This document shows positions 12,658 through 25,529 of a stretch of DNA of 64,000 bases, piece after piece. The translations under genes were made by a program, and so were the position numbers. Every line of letters begins with the position of its first letter. The stretch's first letter is position 1. Under the pieces are notes generated by a model. It worked only from the letters and a program-made list of their open reading frames with translations. It was not told the origin of the DNA and searched no databases. This DNA comes from Octopus bimaculoides. Taxonomy: Eukaryota. The DNA lies in the NCBI RefSeq assembly GCF_001194135.2, contig NC_068987.1, forward strand, positions 59,839,136 through 59,903,135. Direction: 5' to 3'.

Positions 12658-13954
12658 ATGTGGAAAAAGAAACTTCAGTACCTCCTGCTCAGTTTGTAAT
12701 AATTTTCACAGATTTATCTATTTGTTTGGTTTTGTAATAGATTTTTAAAATTGTAAAGAGACTTTATGGACACACTGTATATTTATGGTCTCCTAAATGT
12801 GTAACTTATGTTCACTGCAGGCGGAAGTGACGATTTTTTTAGTAGAAGCAGGTTGAGGTGTCGTGGCTACAGAAATAGTAGGCTTGTGGTGCAACATACT
12901 CCACCATGTAGAATAAACAGGAAATTCTTTACCATCATCGGTTTTAGGCGCTCTTAATTGGCATGTTTAGAAATAAGAAGACATCCCATACCACATAAAA
13001 ATCCCAACTTATCTAGCATATATACATGCATATGTATGTGTGGTGTGTGTGTGTGTATACATTTAGCTATACATAAATACACATACATATATACATACAT
13101 ACATATATACATATATATATACACACACATATGTAAATGAGGGTATCTAAGAGATTCCACCATGCTTGAAATAGCAGTCAAAGCTTGACTCCAAAAACCA
13201 CATCAAGTGTCCAATACAGTAGAAGATAAAAAGACAAATAGATAAATAAACTAGTAAAAATTGGATAACTCCAGAACTTAGGTTTCTGGATCTCTATAAA
13301 AATACTTTGCCTTCGTCAATGAAATATACTAAGAATTATTCATAATTACATACATATACACACAAAAATACGAATACTCACGTATACATACTTGTGTATA
13401 TACATATATATGCACGTATATACAACGAATAGTTCAGATTATACATCCAGACACCATGTGAATATAATGACGAAGTGAATATATATAAATTTCTATATAA
13501 ATAAGGATAAGATCGTTATTTTAAATAACGATCAAATCAAGTGGCAGCATGGAAATAAAATTCCCTCCATTTTCTAATGATATATATATATATATATATA
13601 TANNNNNNNNNNNNNNNNNNNNNNNNNNNNNNNNNNNNNNNNNNNNNNNNNNNNNNNNNNNNNNNNNNNNNNNNNNNNNNNNNNNNNNNNNNNNNNNNNN
13701 NNNNNNNNNNNNNNNNNNNNNNNNNNNNNNNNNNNNNNNNNNNNNNNNNNNNNNNNNNNNNNNNNNNNNNNNNNNNNNNNNNNNNNNNNNNNNNNNNNNN
13801 NNNNNNNNNNNNNNNNNNNNNNNNNNNNNNNNNNNNNNNNNNNNNNNNNNNNNNNNNNNNNNNNNNNNNNNNNNNNNNNNNNNNNNNNNNNNNNNNNNNN
13901 NNNNNNNNNNNNNNNNNNNNNNNATATATATATATATATAATCTTTTATCATAT

Positions 13955-14145
13955 ACTTGATTCCGTCATTGGACTGCAGCCATAATGGGGCACTGCTTTG
14001 AAGAATTTTTAGTCGAATGAATCTACCCAGATACTCATTTTGCCTAAGCCTGGTACTTATTCTATCGAGTCCTTTTGCCAAACCGCTAAGTTACGGAGAC
14101 GTTAACACACCAACACCGGTTGTCAAGCGGTAGTGGAGGTACACA
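13955..14145 (-). mobile_element. SINE family B, 3' half
   Basis: Reverse complement of the 3' half of 30204-30610. Confidence 0.8.
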
Positions 14146-14604
14146 CATACATACACACATATATAAATGTATGTGTATTTTTTTCAATGTTTGCAAATAA
14201 CACAGAAAAAATAAATAATTACCAGAGTAGCAAAAATACATATAAATACCAAGGATGTATCAGCCTACGCATTACGGTAGAAATTTCAGGGCTAAGTGAA
14301 ATGTTTTTGATAAAATATATAAATTAATAGAGTTAAACGCAGGTGTTATTCAAATCTTTATACTTCCGATATATGTTTGGAAGAAAACATTGGTATTATT
14401 CCAGAAGGGCGTTCCCTTCATCAGATACGCAGTCATCATATTCTGTTAAAATGCCTTATTGATGTGTTTGGTTACTTTTTTTCCCTGATGAGAAGATCAC
14501 ATTGTTTTACATCATTTTATTCCTTCTGAAGTAATACCAATGTTTTCTTCGAAACACATGTCGGAAGTATAAAGATTTGAATAACACATGCGTTTAACTC
14601 CATT

Positions 14605-14682
<78 letters not shown>

Positions 14683-14972
14683 NNNNNNNNNNNNNNNNNN
14701 NNNNNNNNNNNNNNNNNNNNNNNNNNNNNNNNNNNNNNNNNNNNNNNNNNNNNNNNNNNNNNNNNNNNNNNNNNNNNNNNNNNNNNNNNNNNNNNNNNNN
14801 NNNNNNNNNNNNNNNNNNNNNNNNNNNNNNNNNNNNNNNNNNNNNNNNNNNNNNNNNNNNNNNNNNNNNNNNNNNNNNNNNNNNNNNNNNNNNNNNNNNN
14901 NNNNNNNNNNNNNNNNNNNNNNNNNNNNNNNNAGAGAGAGAGAGAGAGAGTAAGAGTATATATACACACACA

Positions 14973-15005
<33 letters not shown>

Positions 15006-15062
15006 GTACACACGCATATATATTCATACATGCATGCATACATACATACATAAATACATACA

Positions 15063-15093
<31 letters not shown>

Positions 15094-15769
15094 TTACATA
15101 CATCTATGTAGGTAAACTGTGATAACAAGGTTGAAATATAAAGCAGAACAATATTTGATTATATTGCCAATAATTCTGATGGAAAATTAATCAACTTCAT
15201 TAAAAGTTGATTATCGCAGTTTGAAATTCATTAAACGGAGACAACTATCTAAATGCATAGTATAACGTAAAGTGTCGTTGTTAATCTATGAATGACGTCA
15301 TTCTCGATGAAACTCGTTAAGTCAGAGAAAATCGATAACTACAAAATATTGCATCGCTAAGCTCAGCTATTGGATGGAAGAGGAATGCACGCGACATTTA
15401 AAGTGAATAGTACACTATGCATCCGCCATTCACAGCTGGATATAAATTTAAGTATTTGTGTACGCCACATAAGCTTTATATTCATCCAAACCATTGCTTC
15501 TAGCGAAACAATGATATCATTAATATCATCGATATAGAGATGGTTGCCTCTTGTCTTTGGCTCTGAAGTCCTGACAGTCTAGTAAAGGCATCGAAGAGAA
15601 CCGCTGTTTGTCTTGGCTATTTAAACATGGTAATATATATATGTATATATATATATATTTCCCGATACTGTTTTTGTACATAGGGAAATGTGTTTTATTT
15701 GTTCCAGTTTAATTGATAATGCTAGTGTTTAATCCTTCCTAAAATTAAGATTAAATGAATGTGGTGATA

Positions 15770-15945
15770 TCTAAGACATGATTGTTCCCAAACAACACTT
15801 ATTTTAGTGCTGTTGACACCACAGGATTGAATGGTACTGCCCAGGTATCGAAACCATAGTGATATCTGTGGGGCCGTTTATGGTGGAGGTATGTTGGATT
15901 GTTGGTATGACCGTTGTTGTATGTGCGGACTAGTTTTATAAGACA
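15770..15945 (-). mobile_element. LINE reverse-transcriptase fragment (RTE-like)
   Basis: Minus frame WFRYLGSTIQSCG contains the YLG motif; short and frameshifted. Confidence 0.4.
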
Positions 15946-15953
15946 TCCATTTG

Positions 15954-16020
<67 letters not shown>

Positions 16021-16630
16021 GTATGTTTGCCAATTAAATGCGGCTAGCCCCTAAGGTATTTGCAAAAGGAAATTTTCCTTTGCAAATACCGACAGGGCAC
16101 AGAAAGTGTGTCAATAGCCAGCTGGANNNNNNNNNNNNNNNNNNNNNNNNNNNNNNNNNNNNNNNNNNNNNNNNNNNNNNNNNNNNNNNNNNNNNNNNNN
16201 NNNNNNNNNNNNNNNNNNNNNNNNNNNNNNNNNNNNNNNNNNNNNNNNNNNNNNNNNNNNNNNNNNNNNNNNNNNNNNNNNNNNNNNNNNNNNNNNNNNN
16301 NNNNNNNNGAATTAGCACTCTCTCAGAGAATAAAAATACTGTTACAATAAAAAAACACAAGCCTTATTAAATACAGCTAGCCAAGATTTCGTTGTCAAAA
16401 CATTAATACATTTCGATATTTTTCAAGCCTGAGAACAAGATCATTTGTAAGTCGACTCTTGAACATATGACGTTTAAACAAGACACGCTGATAAGGAAGA
16501 AGGCAAGAGGAAAAAGGGAGATAACCTACGTTGCAATAAATCGATGTCAATGGTGTACTATATTTTTAGTGATCTATTTTTAAATTCCACTTGTGTTTTT
16601 TTTTTTTTTTTTGGTCTTCTTTCTTATCAG

Positions 16631-16704
16631 CGTCTCTTGCTTCAACCTCATCTGCTCAAGGAGCAGCTGAGAAACGGTCTTGTTCTCAGCTTGAAAAATG
16701 GTGA
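16631..16704 (+). CDS. Candidate orphan exon (phase-1 reading SLASTSSAQGAAEKRSCSQLEKW*)
   Basis: Long pyrimidine tract plus cag ending at 16630; TGA at 16702-04 followed at once by AATAAA. The phase-0 frame is also open to a donor at 16723. Confidence 0.25.
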
Positions 16705-16771
16705 AATAAATGATTCGAAATGGTAACACTCAGCAGCTGTATTTAATGAGACTTGTATTTTTTGTTATAAC

Positions 16772-16817
<46 letters not shown>

Positions 16818-18356
16818 AAACGAACGTTAAAAATAACAATAACAAACAACAAGAGGACGTGCACATGGAATGTATTATGATAATTTGACGCTCAGTAAAA
16901 AAAAAAAAGGGTTTTTGAAGTTTTCGAAAAGGAAAAAGGGGAAAGCACAAAGTCCAAAGAAGGAAAAAAAATCAACAAATCACATGTGTAGTTACAATGC
17001 TGATAGACAGATAGGCAGACAGAGAGGAGGATAGGAGAGAGAAAACAGAATCGATCTCAATACTAGACTGTTTTTATATTTATCGACCCCGAACGGATGA
17101 AAATGTGACTTCAGTTGGAATTTGAACTCTATGAGCTGTGATCCGGAATGAATCCTGGAAAATAATCTATCAGAAAATAATCTATCAGCTAACTTGACAA
17201 TTCACCTCTTAATTGATATTAATGAAACTTTAAAAAAATGAGAAAGTTTTGTAACGAGGAAAAGATTCATCGGTGGGTAATAGATCAAACTCATCGTAGT
17301 GTATGTAAAGAAGCAAGGGAGCGGTGGTATTTATTTAGCCGGCTACTTAACCACCTTTGGAAATGCAGAATGATGTATGGAGAATGAAATTGAATTGCTT
17401 CCGTCTGAAATCTAAATTGACTTGTATACAATGTCAGTCATTGCTTTTCACCACATTACTTGTCGGAAATCATACACCTAATTATGTTTATTGCCTATAG
17501 CTAATAATACTTATATTATCCCTACTATATATAGCTCATAGTTATACCAGTAATGAAATGAATAAGACACTGTTTCTTTTCTAGGCAGGTAATTTAAGCA
17601 TACATACTTCCTCAGTGCACTGTGATATTGGGATATATAGTAGTAAACTTACGTCATTCTCACATTGTATTTCTATTTCAGTTGGAAACTCTGATTCGTG
17701 AAAGAATTAACTTTTCTACTTGAGAACAATAATGGAATTCAAATGAAGTTTCTTCTAAGGTTATTGCATTTTGTATCCGTTACACTGCTTTGTTTAATCT
17801 GAAGAATTTATTTGCTCTTTGTTCAGGGAAATACGTTGTATTGACTTAGAAATGATATAACAAATATTTCATAATTTCACTCTCCTTCATTGTTTGTTAT
17901 TATAATTTATAGTAGTTTAAAGTATCTTCTGACACAAAGACGATGATAAAAGAGGTATCGTCGAAACACTGACTCAAACAGATAATATGATTTAAGTAAG
18001 TTTAAATAGAGAAGAACAGAATTCTAGTGGGAGTATGGTGCTGATTGTTCCGGTGTGTGACAAGAATTGAGTCCTAAATACGCTGCAAGATGTTTCTAAG
18101 AATACACGCAATCTACTTTTATTACATTAGTTCCTTTAGGTCTCAAATCTTCTAAAACCCTTACGTGTTGCAGATATATCGTTTTAACCAAGTAAATTAT
18201 ACCTTTCTCAGTTAATGTCGGCCCGATTTGGCCGAGTTTATTCCTTTACAGAAGGCAATAAAGAGTTAAAAATACGTGGTGAGTGATTGTGTACGCATAA
18301 AGTGTTGATATTGAATACATTCCACTTTATTGAAAAGGCTGACTTTTATGCGTATA

Positions 18357-19252
18357 CAGAGGTTGGACAAAATAGTGGAAACGCCTTATATCTATTATAA
18401 CTCGATAGATTCTGAATGGTTGTTAACGAAATTTTGAGCCATTCTTCAAGTAAAATCTACCTTAGCTCTTTCAGTGACGATAGCTCAGGAAAATGCTCCT
18501 TACTAGTTGCTCCAAAAGTACCATAAATATCTGGTTAATTTGGAATCCAGTGATTGTGGGAGCCAGGCCAAGTGCTCTACTTCACCCTTGTGCTCTTCGT
18601 CAATTTTTAATAACAATAGGTATGGGAATTATCGTACTTGAAAATTGCAGTATCTTCAAGGAGCAAAGTTTGTGAAAGAGCAGGTACATGAGCAGCCAAA
18701 ATACTTAGGTAATCCTTGGTGATAACTCTGACTTGTAAAAGCTAAAGGGCCATAGGAATTTCGTGATATGGCTGTCCAAGTTCTCAAAGATCTACTTTCA
18801 TGTTTCATGGTAGGGTTGATTCTTTGGCCTCGCTCCAGACGCAAACTCATCTTGAAGGGAGAAAAAGAGTGAATGAGGGTTTATGAGAGAGGGAAATGTT
18901 CCTTTGAACAGTTGACCACTTCAGATAAACAATACACTAGTTTTATACTTATGAATATTTATGGGGAATGGAAAAGTTCGGCAATTGCAGCTCTCTCATG
19001 GTATCCAGCTTTATGGTGTTCGAGACGTTTTAGATGACACATGGTTGGTAATATGGAGGTTTAGCCGACACATTTGTTAACGTTGTTACAATAAGTTTCT
19101 CTATTTCGCAGTCCTTCTCCATGAATTGTGGCTTCCGTCCAGAATAATGCTTGAAAAAGCTGTCTCTACCTTGGTTTTAGAATGCTAACATGCATTTAGA
19201 AACTGTGCCTCTCGAAACATTAAACAATTCGACAATTTTAGTGACAAGTGCT
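18357..19252 (-). mobile_element. Decayed Tc1-type transposon with its 3' TIR
   Basis: TA+CAGAGGTTGGACAAAATAGTGGAAAC terminus; residual VTKIVELFNVSRGTVSK, IFKYDNSHT and EHLAWLPQSLD. Confidence 0.8.
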
Positions 19253-19513
19253 CTAGTCATACATACCCCGAAATTTATCCTTTTGGTAAATCAGATAGGT
19301 TACGCATTTTAACTTCAATGAGAAACTACAAAACAAACCAAGAAAAAAGGTGGCTATATCCTGAATAGCAAGGTTTATTGATGAATATGAATACCTACAC
19401 GCAGACAAGAAAAGTTCTGAACGAAAAATGCTTAAGTGATAAGTAACGTTTCCATTATTTTGACCAATCCTTGTTTGTGTGCATATATATATCTGCATGT
19501 GTGTTTGTGTGCG

Positions 19514-19579
<66 letters not shown>

Positions 19580-19754
19580 TATATTCACATATATATACAC
19601 ACTTATACATATGTGTACACACATATGCATACATACGTACACGTATACAAGCATACATAAATACATACACACATACGTACATACGTACACACATACACAT
19701 ACATACACTCATGCATACATACATACACACATACATTTATACATGTGTGTTATG

Positions 19755-20035
19755 TCAGATTACTCATTGTGCTACTGGTAACATGCAACCCAACACAACC
19801 TGTCACCTTGTTGGGCCGTCGGCGACAAAGCCGGAAACCCTACCGAGTCTGCTTGCTAAGGGGGCTGTTTTTTCGTTGGACACCCTACAGAACGAAAACA
19901 ATATCTGTCAAAGGGTCGGATGAACTCACTAGATTTAGCGGCCATCCAACAACTGGGAACCATAGACCCCCACCCTTTAGTCTTTGTTTAGGCAACTCTC
20001 TAGGAGGAAATTCCGGAATGATACCCACCTCATTG
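19755..20035 (+). mobile_element. Probable RTE-LINE 5' UTR relic
   Basis: GC-richer island; ggcaactctctaggagg resembles RTE 5' UTR motifs recalled from memory; contains an HDV-ribozyme-like segment. Confidence 0.35.
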
Positions 20036-20040
20036 CGAAG

Positions 20041-20086
20041 ATGGAGATCTTGTTCCTGTTTGTTTCTGGGCTTCTTGGCTTTGTAG
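20041..20086 (+). CDS. Candidate first coding exon encoding a signal peptide (MEILFLFVSGLLGFV, phase-1 donor)
   Basis: aagATGG Kozak context, hydrophobic 15-mer, strong donor AG|GTGAGA at 20087. Confidence 0.4.
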
Positions 20087-20490
20087 GTGAGAGTCATAGA
20101 AATGTTGTGTAAGTTGTTATTAACTTTAAATTTCAGCAAAGACATTGCTGATAACCATTGCCTTTAACATATAGGATAAGATAATTTGTCAGTGATGATT
20201 ATATTTGTTCACGAGTTGACAGCCACTGTGTATGTAGGTTTAGTGACTCAGAGGAATGGCAGTTTAGTTACTTAATGATTTATTGATCAATACTTCGATA
20301 AGTATAGAAAGGCTTTACTACACGAAGAAGGTCAAAATAAACCTGAATTTTGTCCCTCATAGTTGCCGGACAAATAAACATAATAGAAATAACCAGTGGT
20401 TAATAATGTTGATTTTACCTCATGATATATATTTTTAAAGTCACGTCAGGTAATATGTTAACAGGATGCTAAATATTGTTCTTCGTGCAG

Positions 20491-20537
20491 ATGGCGTCTC
20501 TGAACAAGAAGTATAGTACGTGGAGGAAGCATAAGAG
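20491..20537 (+). CDS. Candidate 47-nt exon (MASLNKKYSTWRKHK)
   Basis: ttgttcttcgtgcag|ATGGCG...AAGAG|gtaaaa. Confidence 0.3.
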
Positions 20538-21644
20538 GTAAAAAAATTTGATGTATTAGAATTTAATGACCTTCAAGTGAAAAGAAAATAAAGGCCAATT
20601 CTTTTTCTACAACTCTTGTTTACTTCTAATAGAAGAAACTTTGTTATTGCTTTCTCATAAAATAAAATGTAAAGTGTTTCTGAAGTATTTAAAATAATAT
20701 GCTAAACCTTTTAAAATATTTTGTGTGTAAATTTAACTCTGTTTATATAGACTTGTGTTTTCTTTTAGTAAAACTCTCAAGGGATAAAAGACAAACGTTA
20801 TCAAAATACTTGTGGAATAATAGGTAGCCTACTTTGAGCCGCTTAATAATTTCTGAAAGAGTAGCTGAATAAGTTATTTGAACAATTCATAGAAATCTAG
20901 CTATGAATGTCGGTTGACAATAACCTTATATATCTAGATTTCTCTTTCCACGAAAGAGAAACAGAGGAGATAGAAGAGGAAATGCACTATGTAATTGTGC
21001 TTCTCTTAGATACTTAATGCTAACAGATTAGCTTATAAAATGCAGCTAATGAGGAATACTTGTTCCATATTAAACGATTTCTCGACAAATTGGTAAAAAG
21101 CAATAGATAAATGTATTCGACACTAATATTCAAATCATAGATTATACTCTGATTTAATATACGGATCTAATGGAGCAAATGGAAAGGGTATTGAACTAAC
21201 ACTTTAAGCCATTATTTAGCTCTAGAATTATCATCGTTAGGCTTTCCGTTATGTTTGCACCAGATCTGCTTTTGTAGTCTGCTTTCTACTGAAAATTTAT
21301 TCTGAGAGGATATGCACGAATTCGTTTAGTCACAGTAAAGCGGGGCTTAGATTTGGAACCACGTTAGCTCAGTAACAAGAAATAGGCCACGGCATCTCAG
21401 GTTATTTGCGTTGAATTCTGACCAATAGTATTTCAGCTACAATTGTACGATCGATGGGATTTTTTCACGGTTTCCCGCTCAAGTATGGTTATAAACTGAG
21501 ATGTTTGAGATGTACGACAAGCGCTCTTGGACAGAGGGATGAGATATGCGTAAGACGCGGCAGATGTTAAAAGAGACACGTGAGAAGACAGACGAATAGG
21601 ATCCTTGAGACACACACACACACACACACACGTATATATATATA

Positions 21645-21811
21645 TATATACGGCGGGTAACTTTAGGTTTCCGTGTACCAAATCCACGCACAAGCTTTTG
21701 GTCGACCCGGAGGTGTAGTAGAAAGCACTTACCCAAGGTGCCACGCAGTGGGATTGCACCCGGAACCATGTGGTTGAAACGCAGACTCCTTACCACACAT
21801 CACGCCTGCGA
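21645..21811 (-). mobile_element. SINE family B, 5' half
   Basis: Reverse complement of the tRNA-like head and body of 30204. Confidence 0.8.
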
Positions 21812-22880
21812 CTACTTAATAGTTTCTTGTGATTCATAGATGTACTTATAATTATCAATGCATTGACGTTTTAGTTTCCTTTGTTCGAAACTCAGAAGAA
21901 TCGACTAGTTTGATCGATAAGACATTTTGCTACTTGTTGTTGCTTAGTTATAAGTTTGCTCTCAAGGATCTGAACTGTAATTAAACGTGTTATACTGGTG
22001 GCCATCCCGTTTCAACGTTTAGAATACCTTGTGCAAATGTTTCCATTTTTAAGATGGCAAGTTGTGATTTAGGAAGATTTTGCTACTATTCTTAACAGGT
22101 TGAACACGTAGAGGACTTCTCATTCATACACTGGTATGGACACAGCTGTTTTTACTTTCATTTTCCTCTTATAATTGGCCTTATGCTTAAAGATTCATAT
22201 GAAACATTCATAAAATTAACGCTGAAAGGTAACATCAATGATTTAATTCGTTTTTCGATAAAAATTAATTCGATGTTAATAATAAATTTATTTCGTTAAT
22301 TAGTTCGTTGTTTATAATAAACACAGAATTAAGCCTCGTTAATGAAAAACTTTATCCACCCATCCATCCACTAAATCAAAATATCTCTTTTTGAAAATCT
22401 TAATTTGCATTTTAGTTTTTAGCCTTTAAATTTAAACACAAAGCAAGGTATTCGTTTATTGGTCCAGTTAATAAATTAAAGGTTGAAATAAAACATAAGG
22501 CCTGAAGACCATTGAAAATTTGATTGCATGGTTAAATGTATGACATTTCATATTGAATATCTGATTAAATCAACAATAAATTAATATGCAACATTGAATC
22601 CCATGATAAACGCACGAAGTCATTACAAATTTCATTGAAACCAGCTTTTTTTTTATTCGAGAACAAAACGTTTCTAAAACCTTGAGACTTTACAAACGCT
22701 TAGCGTATTAGTACCATTGCAGCATGGAGATACACTATGACGTTGTCAGTGACCAGGTTTCAGTTTCGAGCGACGAAAATTTGCACCATATTACAAACAA
22801 TAAATGTTTATGTGAAGTTAACAGTCTTTGTATGTTTCTGAATGTCTAACATGAGTCTTAAGACAATACAATCGTTTTAG

Positions 22881-22910
22881 ATTTAAAACACGGTCTCACT
22901 TGCCTGGCAA
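22881..22910 (+). CDS. Candidate 30-nt micro-exon
   Basis: cgttttag|ATTTAAAACACGGTCTCACTTGCCTGGCAA|gtaagt; open in two frames. Confidence 0.3.
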
Positions 22911-22989
22911 GTAAGTCTCCGTAATAGCCTATTAATATTTTATATCAATTTGTGGTGACGAACCATCAGTAAAATTGGTAAGAATAGTA

Positions 22990-24800
22990 TCCTTAAGCAT
23001 TGGTATCGCTTTCCAGGTCTTGCAGTCCTTTATACATCTTCAGTTTCGTTGAACGCAGCTGTAGACACCATTTATTGGCAAGAAACGTAGATCAAAGAAC
23101 TTCAGTCATTTCACTGAATTCAAATAACATAGTTCTCCATAAACATCGAACTTGGAATAACACAGCTCCTATAGCATCTTTGTAAGCCACACCATGATCC
23201 AGATTTACTTAATTTTAAGACCTCAGCATCAATGTTCACAAATTCTATGCTCTCTTGCTCCACCAGCACCAAAATGATATCACAAATACAACTAACAAGT
23301 ACTAACTTCTGCAAAATATTCAATGACTACATATTCCAGAACAAAAATACCCTTGCTGTTTATCATGTAGACAATTATTTCTTTTCATGCACACCCTAAC
23401 GCAGCAACCCCGCTTAATCGTAAGCATACTGTAAATCCCCATCGTATATTAAATTTCCAAGCCACATAAACGATTCAGGTCTCCCCATTGACTCTGTAGA
23501 TGCCCCACAGAAATCTTTACCTCTCAGCTACCTTCATAAAAGTTATACCATCCCTCTTCACTGCTTTGACCCTCATATGTAGGATGCTAAGCATACGTTC
23601 AACCTTAATTTCGTTTATTTCCCTGTTGGATGTGTCCAACTCTTTTTCATCATAAACCTAAAATCCCTATTCACTCACAAATGATGGATTCTTGGCTATT
23701 AAATATATCTTTAAATTCCATCTTTTATCTAACCTATTACGACTGTTCTTCTACATGTAGTTCCCAATTTCCTTTCCTTCAATTGTTTCTCTGTCTCCAT
23801 AACTTCTATGCACCTATTGGTATGGCTATGATGGTCCCTACTACCACTAACATATTTGAGGGCTTCATTAAGGGTTACTTGACAATTCCAATTGACAATT
23901 CTGTCAGTACTACATCACTCTGACGTGATGAATTCGTTGTTTTCATTTCCTAAGCAAAATGTCTTCAAGTTTTGGAATTATTTTTACCATTTATGACAAC
24001 TTTTCACTTTTCATGAGACTTCTACCACACTCGATAGGCCTCACATCTCTACCAATATGCATTATAATCTCACTGACAGACGCTCCTCAGATGACGTTTT
24101 CTACTCACATTCCACTCGCACTGAATCTGCTCACAATATCTTAAAATTAGCAAACTTTACAGCAAGGAAACAAAGTCTATTGTTCCTCAACAATCATTGA
24201 CCACCGATCTCAGATCACTAACAAATCCATATCAAATCATATCATATCATATCCAAATCAGATCACTAACAAATCTTCACCTACAAAGAGGTTTCCTTTT
24301 AACACCTTTCATCTGCCAGCTCTTTGCGGCAAGTGATCCTTCTTAACATTAATCTGTTTCTCTTCGACTCTCAAAAACTTCCTTTTTTCCCAATATTTTT
24401 CACATCTTCCTCTAAAGCAGTCAAAACATGTTTGACTTGTTTACGACAGCCTTAATTGCGGGACATTCTGTTAGTTTCCCTGTATTTGACTATGCCACGA
24501 ACGTTATTTTTACTATATCACACGAAAATCTCTTTATGTAGGTAAAACCAGCTCTTGTCTATTGAATGCTTCCGCGAGTATAGATATACTTTCTGTTCGT
24601 AAATACTTTCCAAATCCGAGGCTAGACAATTTAATACACTAGGCCACTTTATGGGCTCCCACTTACTATGTGGAATAATATATTTCCTCATAGCCCTCCT
24701 TACACCCACAGATTCAGAAACATCACATCTGCGTTCTAGGAACTTTCTCACTTGCAAACATGAAGGACCGTGTCTCGTACCTTTCTTAATATTTCTGCAG
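22990..24800 (-). mobile_element. Highly decayed RTE-like LINE (AP endonuclease to RT)
   Basis: Residual FLERRCDVSESVGVRR (cf. LERRxVDVCCIQEVRW) and VLKLSKSGSWCGLQRCYRS; many stops and frameshifts. Confidence 0.45.
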
Positions 24801-25529
24801 TTTCTTAGTTGCTGTTAGATGTGTTTTTCTATCATCCTGACCGTAAGTCCTCGTTCTCTTTCTGTTTAAATTTGTCATCCTCTCCTCGTACTTTGCATTT
24901 TGCCAACATTTTTGCTGCTTTCTTTTCCTCACTTGCCTTTCATATTTGCCAATATTCTCGCTGGTTACCCTAACTCTTTAGCCGATATCCATTTCATGTG
25001 TCATCTTATGCGCTCTCAGTCATTTAATCTTTGATAATGTATTCTCTTTTATTTCTGTCTTCATCTTCGTCAATTTATTCGGTCCCAATATAAAACATCG
25101 ATCTTTTGTGGAGTGTACTTTCATATTAGCTCCACAATAATTAAAACTAATAATCAACCGCTTCGATCTCATAAGCTTTGGTTGACCTAAAAATCCAAAG
25201 GTACTATCCTTATCATTCACATCAGTTTGTAAAATTAGAAATTAAATTAAATAAAAATAAATGTCTTTTTGAAAAATATAGGCTAAACATATTTTTGAAA
25301 CTTTTGGTCGAAATAAAAATGTTAGAAGAAACACTGCAATTTTCTTAATCTCAATATTTGATAGATACGTGGTCTGTTGTCCTTAACATATTCTTGAATC
25401 TTATGAACCTAAGGGGTATAAGTTAAAGTCGATCAAGAAGAATCTGATATCTAATGTAAAAAGACGAAATTAAAAAACAAATTTTTTATGTTATTACAAA
25501 ATCATAAATTGACTCCCATCATAATAGTG

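Larger units (their letters stand above)
11016..12777 (+). mobile_element. TIR-to-TIR Tc1/mariner-superfamily element, DD41D (rosa/Visitor-type)
   Basis: TA at 11014-15 and 12778-79; TIRs match at 41 of 47 positions; motifs FSDE, FQQDGAPPHW and PPRFPDINPLDFF with 41 residues between the second and third Asp. Confidence 0.92.

Noticed and set aside
12810-12860. GCGGAAGTGACG (ETS-CRE-like promoter motif) and a ctgcag acceptor
   Set aside because: A single short motif with no CpG island or TSS support; all three frames stop quickly.
17158-17188. 15-bp tandem duplication gaaaataatctatca
   Set aside because: Ordinary slippage duplication beside a SINE fragment (about 17050-17140).
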